DNA from: an uncultured Methanosarcinales archaeon
GTDB taxonomy: Archaea; Nanobdellota; Nanobdellia; Woesearchaeales; CAYMBN01
Assembly (NCBI GenBank): GCA_964388715.1
Contig: CAYMBN010000002.1
Span: 31,441-63,440 of the forward strand
Length of the DNA: 32,000 nt
Direction of reading: 5' to 3'
The notes below the pieces were generated by a model. It saw only the letters and a program-made list of their open reading frames with translations, did not search any database and had not been told where the DNA came from. Made by a program: the position numbers and the translations under genes. Positions 16,155 through 24,529 of the stretch are shown here, in pieces (position 1 is the stretch's first letter; each line of letters starts with the position of its first letter).

Positions 16155-16775
16155 TTACTTTAATTCTTTTGTTTCTTTTTCATTAACTTTTAAGTTGTTT
16201 AGGTTGTCTCCTTCTAAAACATAGATTTCTCCTTTAGCAAGTTTCTTGTCAATTTTCATAATATTTCTGAAAAAGGCCCATGAAAATCCACCATGCGTGA
16301 TAACAGCTATTGTTTTAAAACCAATTAGTTTGCTTTCTCTAAATATCTGATTAAATGCGTCCTTTGCTCTTAGTACAAGATTTAAGTATATTTCTGCACC
16401 TGGTAATGATTCTACTGTTTTTGAAGGTTTAACTCCTTCTTGTTTCATTTCTTGTATTCTTGCGGAGATTGCAGGAAATAATGTTTTGGCTCTTTCTTTT
16501 TCAACACCACTCATAACACCATAAGAACTTCTTTCTCTTAGATTATAAATCACAACTACTTCTTTATTGATTGATTTGTTTATTATTTCTGCTGTTTCCT
16601 TTGCTCTTAGGTAAGGGCTTGTATAAATAGCTTCTATGTTTTTATCTTTCAATAGTTCTCCTACTTTTTTACCATATTCTCTTCCAGAATCAATTAAAGG
16701 ATCGTCGGTTATACCACCAAAACTATCTCGTCTATCATCATCAGCTTCCATATGTCTTATAAAATATATTTTCAT
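16155..16775 (-). CDS. histidine phosphatase (phosphoglycerate mutase) family protein
   Basis: 206 aa. IYFIRHME catalytic RH motif near the N-terminus and a downstream ITHGG motif. Confidence 0.65.
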   Translation of the reverse strand: MKIYFIRHMEADDDRRDSFGGITDDPLIDSGREYGKKVGELLKDKNIEAIYTSPYLRAKETAEIINKSINKEVVVIYNLRERSSYGVMSGVEKERAKTLFPAISARIQEMKQEGVKPSKTVESLPGAEIYLNLVLRAKDAFNQIFRESKLIGFKTIAVITHGGFSWAFFRNIMKIDKKLAKGEIYVLEGDNLNNLKVNEKETKELK

Positions 16776-16868
16776 AATCTCACCCTAATACAACTAAAAT
16801 ACACTTATTATTTATAAAATTATTTAAATTTAATTAACTTAAAAAAAGTTTCTAGAAAAAGAAAAAGC

Positions 16869-16876
16869 TTTATAAA
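16869..16876 (+). promoter_or_regulatory. TATA box (TTTATAAA) of leuS
   Basis: 25 nt upstream of the ATG at 16902, which implies a leaderless or very short-leader mRNA. Confidence 0.5.
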
Positions 16877-16901
16877 CCAAATATATCTTCTTTAGACTAA
16901 G

Positions 16902-19766
16902 ATGGTGGACTTTAATAAGATAGCTAAGAAATGGCAAAAGAAGTGGGCTGATTCTGAAATATTTAAAGTAGAAGCTGATCCAAAAAGAAAGAAGTATTAC
17001 ATAGCTATTGTTTATCCTTATATGAGTGGACTTCTTCATTTAGGACATTTGTATACTTATGTTCCTTCAGAAGTTATAGCAAGATATAAACGTATGAATG
17101 GGTTTAATGTTTTGTCTAAGTTTGGTTTTCATTGTACTGGTTCTCCTATAGTTACAGCTGCTCAAAAAGTAAAAGAGAAGGAAAAAACACAAATTAATTC
17201 TCTTAAAAAAATGGGAATTTCTGACAAAGAGATTCCAAAGTTTGCTAATCCTGAGTATTGGGTAAAATATTTTCCTAAAGAAACACTTAAAGATGTACAT
17301 AATATGGGTTTTGCAATTGATGATAGGTATACTTTTATTACAACTTCTTTGAATCCACCTTATGACGCTATGATAAGATGGCAATTTAATACTCTTAAAG
17401 AAAAAGGTTATGTTAAAAAAGGAAAACATCCTGTTATTTGGTGTCCTAAGTGTAATTCTCCTGCAGGTGATCATTCCAGGGCTGAAGGAGAGGGTGTTAC
17501 TATTAAAGATTTTATTTGGGCAAAATTTAGATTAAAAGATTCTGATCTTATTTTAATGTCTGGAACAACAAGACCTGATGCATTATATGGGCAAACTCAT
17601 TTATGGATTGATCCTGATGCTACTTATAAGATTGTAAAAGTAAATGATGAAAAATGGGTTGTTGGTGAAGCAGCTGTGAAAAAAATTGAACAACAATATA
17701 CAGAAGCAAAAGTTATTGGAGATATTGAATCTAAAGAATTAATGGGAAAATGGGTTAAAGGTCCACTAGTTGATTTTGATATTTATATTGTACCTGCATG
17801 GTTTATAGACTCAAATGTTGGTTCAGGTATAGTATATTCTGCTTTAGAAGATCCTGTTGACTTGTTTGAATTAAAAAAGATTCATTCTGACATGGATATG
17901 TTAAATAAATATCATTTAGATAAAAAAGTAGTTGCAAAATTAAAACCTATTTCAATAATTAATGTTCCTGGAATGGGTGATAATTTGGGAGAAGATATTG
18001 GTAAGGAGTTTAAGGTTAAATCACCTGATGATAAAGATAAGATTGAAGCGGCTAAAGATGAATTAAACAAAAGAGTATTTAGAAAAGGTGTTATGAAGAA
18101 AAATTGTGGTGCTTGTGCTGGAATGACAGTTCAAGAAGCACAAGAATATCTTAAAAAACATTTAACTGAAGAAGGAGATGCAGTTATGTTTTATGAAATG
18201 ACTGATAAAGTAATTTGTAGATGTTTAACACCATGTGTAATAAAAATGGTTTCAGATCAATGGTTTATGGAATATGGTGATCCAAAATGGAAAAAACTAG
18301 CTCATAAATGTTTAGATAAAATGGAACTTTATCCAGAATTAGTAAGAAAACAATTTGAATATGTTTTGGATTGGTTACATCGTTGGGCTTGTACACGAGA
18401 ATTTGGTTTAGGAACAAAACTTCCTTGGGACAAACAATGGGTAATAGAATCATTATCAGACTCAACAATACAAATGGCTTACTGTACTATAGCAAAATAT
18501 TTACAACATCCAAAAGAATATGGTTTTAAAATAGATAAACTAAATGATGAATTTTTTGATTATGTTTTCTTAGGAAAAGGAAAAGTTGAATCTGTTGTTA
18601 AATCAACTGCTATTCCTAGAAAAATACTTGAAACGATGAGAAAAGATTTCTTGTATTGGTATCCTTTTGATTTTAGAAATTCTGCAAAGGATTTATTACA
18701 AAATCACTTAGCTTTTTGTATTTTTAATCATGTTGCGTTATTTCCTGAAAAACATTGGCCTAAATCTTTTATATTAAATGGAAGGGTTATGGTGAACAAT
18801 GAGAAAATGTCAAAGTCGAAAGGTAATTTCTTTACAATGAGAGAACTTTATGAAAAACATGGTCCAGATATTGTTAGGCTAACATCAGCAAATGCAGGTG
18901 AGGGTGTTGTAGATGCTAATTATGATATGAGCTTCCTTGAAACAGCAAAGAAAAAATTAGATGAGCTTGAATCATTTATCAAAGAGAATTATAATAAAGG
19001 AAGAACAAATAGATTAAGTATTGATAGTTGGTTTGAGTCAACTATTCATGAAGCAATAAAAAAGACAACCCATGCAGTAGATAATATGCTCTTTAAGTCA
19101 GCTATACAGTTTTCCTTTTTGGATATGAACAAAAATCTAAAATGGTACTTAAAAAGGACTGATAACAAACCAAATAAAGATTTGATTAATTTTTATGTTG
19201 AGATTTTATTGAAGATGTTAACACCATTTACACCTCATTTTTGTGAGGAAATGTGGGGAGTAATTGGGAAAAAGCCATATATTTCAAATGAGAAATGGCC
19301 AAAACCTGATAAGAAACTTTTGAAACCAGAACTTAGTGGCGGTGAGGAGTTGATCAAAGATACTCTTAGAGATATTAGAGAAATATTAAAGCTTGTTAAA
19401 ATTGAAAAACCTTCTAAGATAAAATTATTTGTTTCATTTAAATGGAAATATGATTTATTTAAGAAAGTTAATTCTCTCATGGAAAAAACACAAAATTCTG
19501 GAGAAATATTTAAGAAAGTTATGCAGGATAAAAATTTAAGACAATATGGTAAAGAAATTTCAAAGTTCCTTCCTAAAATGATTAATTCAAGAAAGGTTCC
19601 TCAAACAGCTTTGTCTCATAAACAAGAGCTTACAGTGTTATCTGAAGCTGTTGATTTCGTTAAAAATGAGTTTAAATGTGATATTGAAGTTATCTTAGCT
19701 GATAAATCTGATGAACAAAAAGCTAAATCTTCTTTACCTGGCAAACTTGCTATCTTAATAGAATGA
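16902..19766 (+). CDS. leuS: leucyl-tRNA synthetase (archaeal type)
   Basis: 954 aa. HIGH motif (HLGHLYTY), KMSKS motif (KMSKSKGN) and an archaeal/eukaryal-type CP1 editing insertion. Confidence 0.96.
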   Translation: MVDFNKIAKKWQKKWADSEIFKVEADPKRKKYYIAIVYPYMSGLLHLGHLYTYVPSEVIARYKRMNGFNVLSKFGFHCTGSPIVTAAQKVKEKEKTQINSLKKMGISDKEIPKFANPEYWVKYFPKETLKDVHNMGFAIDDRYTFITTSLNPPYDAMIRWQFNTLKEKGYVKKGKHPVIWCPKCNSPAGDHSRAEGEGVTIKDFIWAKFRLKDSDLILMSGTTRPDALYGQTHLWIDPDATYKIVKVNDEKWVVGEAAVKKIEQQYTEAKVIGDIESKELMGKWVKGPLVDFDIYIVPAWFIDSNVGSGIVYSALEDPVDLFELKKIHSDMDMLNKYHLDKKVVAKLKPISIINVPGMGDNLGEDIGKEFKVKSPDDKDKIEAAKDELNKRVFRKGVMKKNCGACAGMTVQEAQEYLKKHLTEEGDAVMFYEMTDKVICRCLTPCVIKMVSDQWFMEYGDPKWKKLAHKCLDKMELYPELVRKQFEYVLDWLHRWACTREFGLGTKLPWDKQWVIESLSDSTIQMAYCTIAKYLQHPKEYGFKIDKLNDEFFDYVFLGKGKVESVVKSTAIPRKILETMRKDFLYWYPFDFRNSAKDLLQNHLAFCIFNHVALFPEKHWPKSFILNGRVMVNNEKMSKSKGNFFTMRELYEKHGPDIVRLTSANAGEGVVDANYDMSFLETAKKKLDELESFIKENYNKGRTNRLSIDSWFESTIHEAIKKTTHAVDNMLFKSAIQFSFLDMNKNLKWYLKRTDNKPNKDLINFYVEILLKMLTPFTPHFCEEMWGVIGKKPYISNEKWPKPDKKLLKPELSGGEELIKDTLRDIREILKLVKIEKPSKIKLFVSFKWKYDLFKKVNSLMEKTQNSGEIFKKVMQDKNLRQYGKEISKFLPKMINSRKVPQTALSHKQELTVLSEAVDFVKNEFKCDIEVILADKSDEQKAKSSLPGKLAILIE

Positions 19767-20530
19767 AAATTCTTGTTGTATACATGGAAGAAGCGAAAAA
19801 GAGTGTGAAGGTAATTAAGAATTCTTTGAAAAAATATGAAGTTGATTATAAAATTATTGGAAGGGATAAGTTGAATAAAAGTTTGGTTAAAGGAAAGGAT
19901 TTGGTTATTACATTAGGTGGAGATGGTACTTTTTTGAGAACAGCTCAGTATGTTGATAGAACACTAATGTTTGGTGTTAATTTTAATCCTAAATTAAAAG
20001 AAGGTTTTCTTTTGTCAGCTGATTTGAAGAATTTTGATAGGGCATTTGATAGGATTGTAAAAGGAAAGTATAAAATAAAGAAATTAAATAGGTTGCAAGC
20101 AAAGATTAATAATAAGACATTAAAAGAATTAGCATTGAATGAAATTTTTATTGGTTCTAGGAAAACTTATTGTGTTAGTAGGTATATTATTGAGATCAAG
20201 GGGAAGAAAGAGTTTCAAAAGTCTTCTGGGGTTATTGTTGGTACTGCAACTGGAAGTCATGCGTGGTTGAAATCAGCAGGAGGTAAAATTTTACCTATTA
20301 GTTCTGATAAGATGGAATTTTTTGTAAGAGAACCTTATGTTGGAAGAGTGACTAAGGAGAAATTGAAAAAAGGTGTTTTAGATAGAAATCAAAAAGTTGT
20401 TGTTTATTCTAAAATGAATGATGGTTTAGTAGTCTTTGATTCTTTAAGCAAAGAATATAAGTTTAATGAAGGAGATAAAGTAGTTGTTAGTATGAGTAAG
20501 AAGGATTTGAATGTTATTTTTACAAATTAA
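19763..20530 (+). CDS. nadK: NAD kinase
   Basis: 255 aa. GGDGTFLR motif and NE..IG. ATGA overlap with leuS. Confidence 0.85.
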   Translation: MKILVVYMEEAKKSVKVIKNSLKKYEVDYKIIGRDKLNKSLVKGKDLVITLGGDGTFLRTAQYVDRTLMFGVNFNPKLKEGFLLSADLKNFDRAFDRIVKGKYKIKKLNRLQAKINNKTLKELALNEIFIGSRKTYCVSRYIIEIKGKKEFQKSSGVIVGTATGSHAWLKSAGGKILPISSDKMEFFVREPYVGRVTKEKLKKGVLDRNQKVVVYSKMNDGLVVFDSLSKEYKFNEGDKVVVSMSKKDLNVIFTN

Positions 20531-21410
20531 TCTTCATGAAATCATATGCGCAGGTTATGTTGTCAAAATAAGTTCTTGCGTCTTCTTCTATTTCTTGTGT
20601 TGTTTTGTATCTCTGGGAGAAATGGGTTAATATGAGTCTTTTTACATTTGATCTACTTGCAATAAGTGCAGCTTCTTTTGCAGTCATATGTTTGTATTGT
20701 TCAGCTTTATCTTGGTGTGTTGTTGAAAATGAAGCTTCAGAGATAAGTAGATCAGAGTCTTGGCTGAGTTCATATGCGTTTTTACAAGGAAGTGTATCTG
20801 GGATATAAGTTATTTTTTTGCCTTGTACAACCCTAGTTGCCTTTTCAACGTCGACTTTTTTATTTTTCCATTTTACAGAATGACCATTTTGCAATTTGCC
20901 TAACAAAGGACCATCTGGAATTCCTAGTTTTTTAATATAAGAAACATTGATTCTTCTTGTATCTTTTTCAATAAAACTAAAACCTACTGTAGGTAAACCA
21001 TGCTCAAGTTCCATTGCTTCCATGTAAAAGTCTTTAGTGTCAAGGAATTTCTTTTTTGTAATTTCATGAACCTCAAACTCAATACTACCTTTTGAAAAAA
21101 AGGCTTTCATCATGTTGTCCATATACTTCTTAGTGCCTTTCGGACCATAAATATGTAATTTCTTACTATATTCATTAGCACCCATTGTTTGGATTAAGCC
21201 AGGGATACCTAGGACATGATCACCATGCCAGTGTGAGATAAGTAATTTTGTAATTTTACATGGTTTGATTCCAGCTATTTTAAGTTGTCTTTGAGTACCT
21301 TCACCACAATCCATTAGGATATTTTCTCCTTTATAGGTCAATAAAATAGCAGAATGTGCCCTTTCTTTTGTGGGTTGCATACATGTTGTACCTAAAAATA
21401 TAATTTGCAT
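20520..21410 (-). CDS. rnz: ribonuclease Z (tRNA 3' endonuclease)
   Basis: 296 aa. Metallo-beta-lactamase HWHGDH motif, FLGT N-terminus and C-terminal THFSQRY. Confidence 0.9.
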   Translation of the reverse strand: MQIIFLGTTCMQPTKERAHSAILLTYKGENILMDCGEGTQRQLKIAGIKPCKITKLLISHWHGDHVLGIPGLIQTMGANEYSKKLHIYGPKGTKKYMDNMMKAFFSKGSIEFEVHEITKKKFLDTKDFYMEAMELEHGLPTVGFSFIEKDTRRINVSYIKKLGIPDGPLLGKLQNGHSVKWKNKKVDVEKATRVVQGKKITYIPDTLPCKNAYELSQDSDLLISEASFSTTHQDKAEQYKHMTAKEAALIASRSNVKRLILTHFSQRYKTTQEIEEDARTYFDNITCAYDFMKINL

Positions 21411-21433
21411 TTTACATAGAAAATAGTGGGTTG

Positions 21434-21441
21434 ATTTATAA
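21434..21441 (-). promoter_or_regulatory. TATA box (palindromic TTTATAAA) 23 nt upstream of the rnz ATG
   Basis: Same octamer and spacing as at endA. The flank GTAATC on the rnz side resembles the endA flank GCAATG, possibly a BRE. Confidence 0.55.
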
Positions 21442-21459
21442 AGATTACCCTAAATTGTA

Positions 21460-21583
21460 AGTGCATAGTGCCGTGCCTGTAAAAAATACAAAGACCTATT
21501 ATAAAACATTATGGTTTTTGACACTATTGTCTTACGAACCAAATAATTATTTTTTACAGAAAAATGGCACAGGCACTATGCAC
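21460..21583. repeat. structured element copy A (124 nt, long imperfect hairpin with 12-bp perfect terminal inverted repeat)
   Basis: GTGCATAGTGCC...GGCACTATGCAC termini. Inner stems GTGCC/GGCAC and TGTAAAAAA/TTTTTTACA. The core TATGGTTTTTGACACTATTGTCTTAC (21510..21535) is shared with copy B. Confidence 0.8.
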
Positions 21584-21588
21584 ATAAC

Positions 21589-22671
21589 TTAAATCATCAT
21601 GATATTTAAATTCTTGAATTCTTTATCTAACATTTCTTTTGTTTTCTTTGTTATAGAACCAGGTGTTACAAATAAAGCAGGCAGTTTTTTAAGATTTGCT
21701 TTAACAATTGCAGTTGATAAATCTCCTTCATTACAACGTTTCTTATTTTTTGCCTTACAATAATAATCTAATGTTCCAATTGGTGTTGGTACTGAAATCA
21801 TTAAATCTATTTCAGAGTTACGTTTTACAATTTCATAATCATTTATTTCAATATCTTTTTGTTTGAATGTTTCGTGAATTTTCTTAAAAAAGGAATCTTG
21901 CTCTACTTCAATTCTTTTTTCTATTGTTAACAGTTGTTCCTGTTCACTTACTTTGACTACCTCTTTTTTTGGTTTTCTTGTTTTTTGCACTTTTTCAAGT
22001 TTTTGTTTTTCTTGATCAATCTTTTTCTTAATATCTTCTAGTTCTTTCTTTTTACTCTCAAGCTCATCTTGCTTTTTCTTGTCTAATTCTAATTTTTCTT
22101 TTTTCTTTTTTTCTAATTCAAGTTTTTTCTGCTTTTCTCTTGGTTTTATTTCTTGTTCTTTCTTTAAATCTTTTTTAGTTTCTTCTTTAACTTCTTCAAC
22201 TTTTTTGATCTCTGGTTCAGGTTTTTTGATTTCTTTTGGTTTTAATATTTCCTTGATTAATTCTGAGGATTCTTCTTTGTCACAAAGATACCATTTCCAA
22301 AAAACTTCTGATTTATCTTTAATCTTAACATTGAGTTGTATAGCAAAATCATTTATATTTCCTAAAGAAACTCTCATTAAAGGTGATAGTTGGGAATTTC
22401 TTAGTATCTTTTTTTCTTTTAGTAAATCATAAGCTTTTTTGTCTTGGTTATTAAAATGTTCATATAACATTTTTAATTTTTCTTCTTGTCCCTCTACATA
22501 ATATAATGGAGAACTGCCAATGTTAGCCTTTGAGATTAATAATTTCTTTTTTCCAACTAATTCAGAAAGATAAGCTCCTGCAAAGGTAAGATCAAGCTTT
22601 AATTCTCTTTTTATTTGTGTAGGTAGTAAAGGGCCTTTCTCTTTAACTAAATTATAGATTTTATCTAGCAT
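21589..22671 (-). CDS. hypothetical protein: N-terminal winged-helix-like region, KE-rich coiled coil, C-terminal restriction-endonuclease-like (Mrr-type) region
   Basis: 360 aa. The C-terminal pattern EIDLMISVP...YYCKAKNKK...ALFVTPGSITKK resembles the PD-(D/E)xK Mrr catalytic core. Domain calls are by eye only. Confidence 0.4.
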   Translation of the reverse strand: MLDKIYNLVKEKGPLLPTQIKRELKLDLTFAGAYLSELVGKKKLLISKANIGSSPLYYVEGQEEKLKMLYEHFNNQDKKAYDLLKEKKILRNSQLSPLMRVSLGNINDFAIQLNVKIKDKSEVFWKWYLCDKEESSELIKEILKPKEIKKPEPEIKKVEEVKEETKKDLKKEQEIKPREKQKKLELEKKKKEKLELDKKKQDELESKKKELEDIKKKIDQEKQKLEKVQKTRKPKKEVVKVSEQEQLLTIEKRIEVEQDSFFKKIHETFKQKDIEINDYEIVKRNSEIDLMISVPTPIGTLDYYCKAKNKKRCNEGDLSTAIVKANLKKLPALFVTPGSITKKTKEMLDKEFKNLNIMMI

Positions 22672-22704
22672 ATTAAAATTAAAAGAGTAATGAGTATTTA
22701 TATT

Positions 22705-23238
22705 TTATGGCCTGACCCATCTTACTTCATAGTAAGTAACGTCAGATTCTTCATCAACAACGCCTATAAGAAGCCTTTTTTTGGTAGAGTGTGCTACTCT
22801 GTTCTTTGCGCTAAATTCATACCATGTAAGTGTAGAGCCTTCATGTACTGGGTAAACAATCCATTTTGCATGGTCTTCCCCTGGTTTAATGCCTCTATCA
22901 TAGATTCTGAAATCAGCTCCAAATTTAAGTGCTGTTTTGATTATATAACCGCGATTTCTTATATCTTTATAAACACAGTATCTGATCCAAAAATTAGGTT
23001 CTTTTTTATGTGCTTTTTTGATAAATTTATCAGTTTGAATAGGTTTTTTTCTTCCATCTAAGACAATAAGCTTACTTTTTTCAATTAAATAAAGTGCTTC
23101 AACTAGTGAAAGTTGTAATTTTTTGTCTATTATTTCACCAAATCTACTTTGGTTGTAAAGTTCATTTGCTTCGTCACTTTGTTCACAAATAATCCTTTCA
23201 CCTGTAAGTATTCCGTTGATTGCTTTTGTTTTTGGCAT
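22705..23238 (-). CDS. endA: tRNA-splicing endonuclease (single-unit, about 177 aa, homotetramer-type size)
   Basis: RGYIIKTALKFGADFRIYDRG...EDHAKWIVYPV contains the conserved catalytic Tyr/His region of EndA. The C-terminal K and loop regions are present. Confidence 0.9.
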   Translation of the reverse strand: MPKTKAINGILTGERIICEQSDEANELYNQSRFGEIIDKKLQLSLVEALYLIEKSKLIVLDGRKKPIQTDKFIKKAHKKEPNFWIRYCVYKDIRNRGYIIKTALKFGADFRIYDRGIKPGEDHAKWIVYPVHEGSTLTWYEFSAKNRVAHSTKKRLLIGVVDEESDVTYYEVRWVRP

Positions 23239-23261
23239 ATTTTACAAAAAGTGCTTTTTCC

Positions 23262-23269
23262 TTTATAAA
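23262..23269 (-). promoter_or_regulatory. TATA box (palindromic TTTATAAA) 23 nt upstream of the endA ATG
   Basis: Identical octamer and spacing to the rnz promoter. Confidence 0.55.
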
Positions 23270-23287
23270 CATTGCTTTTTTTAGTAC

Positions 23288-23431
23288 GTGCATAGTACCA
23301 TACCGTCAAAAACACAAAAACCTGTTATTGATATTGGTGAAGACAATATGTCCTAGTATGGGTTTTTGACATTATTGTTTTACAATACGAATAGTTGTTT
23401 TTGACCAAATGGTGGCAAAGGCACTATGCAC
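23288..23431. repeat. structured element copy B (144 nt)
   Basis: GTGCATAGTACC...GGCACTATGCAC termini with one A/C mismatch. Inner stem GTCAAAAACA/TGTTTTTGAC. Core TATGGGTTTTTGACATTATTGTTTTAC (23357..23383). It has an insertion of about 25 nt relative to copy A and the same orientation as A. Confidence 0.8.
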
Positions 23432-23494
23432 ATGCTTTTTTCACTACTCTTAAACATAAACTATATAAACAACATAACCTCTTTTTTACTTAAA

Positions 23495-24529
23495 ATGGGA
23501 GTTAAAATATTTGAACTTTTGACTAAAAAAGAGATTGGTTTGAAGGATTTATCTAATAAAGTGATTATGGTTGATGCTTCACTTGTGTTATATCAATTCT
23601 TGTCAAGCATAAGACAAAGGGATGGTACTCCTTTGAAAGATTCTCAAGGTAATGTAACTAGTCATCTGATAGGGTTATTTTCAAGGACAACGCGGTTGAT
23701 GCAGAATCATATTAAAATTGCATATGTTTTTGATGGAAAAGCACCTGACTTGAAAAAAAAGGAACGTGAAAGAAGAGCTGGGTTAAAGCAAGAAGCAAAA
23801 GTGAAATATGAAGCAGCATTAAAAGCAAAGGATGTTGCTGGAATGAAAAAATATGCTTCAAGAACTAGTAAACTTACACCTAGAATGGTTTCTGAAGCAA
23901 AGGAACTTATTAGTGCGTTAGGTTTACCAATAATACAAGCACCAAGTGAAGGAGAAGCACAAGCAGCTTATATTGTTAAGAAAGGAGATGCTTTTGCATT
24001 AGCAACACAAGATGCAGATGGTTTTATGTTTGGTACTCCAAGATTAGTGAAAAATCTTACTGTTTCTGAGAAAAGGAAAATGCCTGGTAGATCAGCTTAC
24101 TATACTGTTAAGCCTGAAATATTTGAACTTTCAAATGCATTAAATAATTTAGGAATTGATCAATCACAATTGATTGCTTTAGGTATGTTGATTGGTACTG
24201 ATTACAATATTGGTGGAATAAAAGGTATTGGACCTAAGAATGGATTAAAGCTTGTTAAAAAATTTGGTAAGGATTTTGGTGGTTTGTTTAAAGAAGTAAA
24301 ATGGGATGATTATTTTGATTTTGAATGGAGGCAGGTTTATGACACAATTAAAGACATTAAAACAACTGATGACTATAATTTAAAATGGAACAGAGTTGAT
24401 GTTGATAAGATTAAAGAAATTTTGTCTGAAAAACATGATTTTTCAAGTGAACGTGTTGATAATACATTAAAAAAATTAATTAAACAAAAAGAAGATAAAA
24501 AACAAAAAGGTTTAGGTGAGTGGTTTTAA
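23495..24529 (+). CDS. fen: flap endonuclease 1
   Basis: MGVKIFELL N-terminus, VFDGKAPDLK, and the H3TH region GTDYNIGGIKGIGPK. The TATA box TATATAAA (23463..23470) lies 24 nt upstream. The ORF-track start at 23426 lies inside element B and is rejected. Confidence 0.95.
   Translation: MGVKIFELLTKKEIGLKDLSNKVIMVDASLVLYQFLSSIRQRDGTPLKDSQGNVTSHLIGLFSRTTRLMQNHIKIAYVFDGKAPDLKKKERERRAGLKQEAKVKYEAALKAKDVAGMKKYASRTSKLTPRMVSEAKELISALGLPIIQAPSEGEAQAAYIVKKGDAFALATQDADGFMFGTPRLVKNLTVSEKRKMPGRSAYYTVKPEIFELSNALNNLGIDQSQLIALGMLIGTDYNIGGIKGIGPKNGLKLVKKFGKDFGGLFKEVKWDDYFDFEWRQVYDTIKDIKTTDDYNLKWNRVDVDKIKEILSEKHDFSSERVDNTLKKLIKQKEDKKQKGLGEWF

Noticed and set aside
21460-21583. Element A/B as a known RNA class (5S rRNA, minimal RNase P RNA, SRP RNA, H/ACA or C/D sRNA, split tRNA half).
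   Set aside because: The paired termini and about 125 nt length prompted a 5S check, but the loop motifs are not in 5S positions. ACAGAAAAAUGG in copy A resembles the RNase P CR-V block, but it is not conserved in copy B and no GGAAAGUCC-type CR-I exists. There is no two-sided pseudouridylation pocket and no C/D boxes. There are no tRNA arm sequences.
21457-21587. Element A/B as a simple MITE with target-site duplication.
   Set aside because: This is not fully excluded. Copy A is flanked by TAA on both sides, which is trivial in AT-rich DNA. Copy B has TAC versus TGC, so there is no duplication. The identical 50-nt offset to two start codons and the compensatory stem changes argue against random insertion. 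No transposase is in the window.
23426-23494. Upstream extensions of the fen ORF (23426..23494). The trm1 ORF has a similar extension (9846..9902), as do the GTG starts at 24520 and 26433.
   Set aside because: The extensions cover TATA boxes, palindromes or element B and encode hydrophobic junk. The conserved N-termini (MGVKIFELL, MIIQEGKVKI, MNWFIF, MKKLFVF) begin at the internal ATGs, which have proper spacing or an SD.
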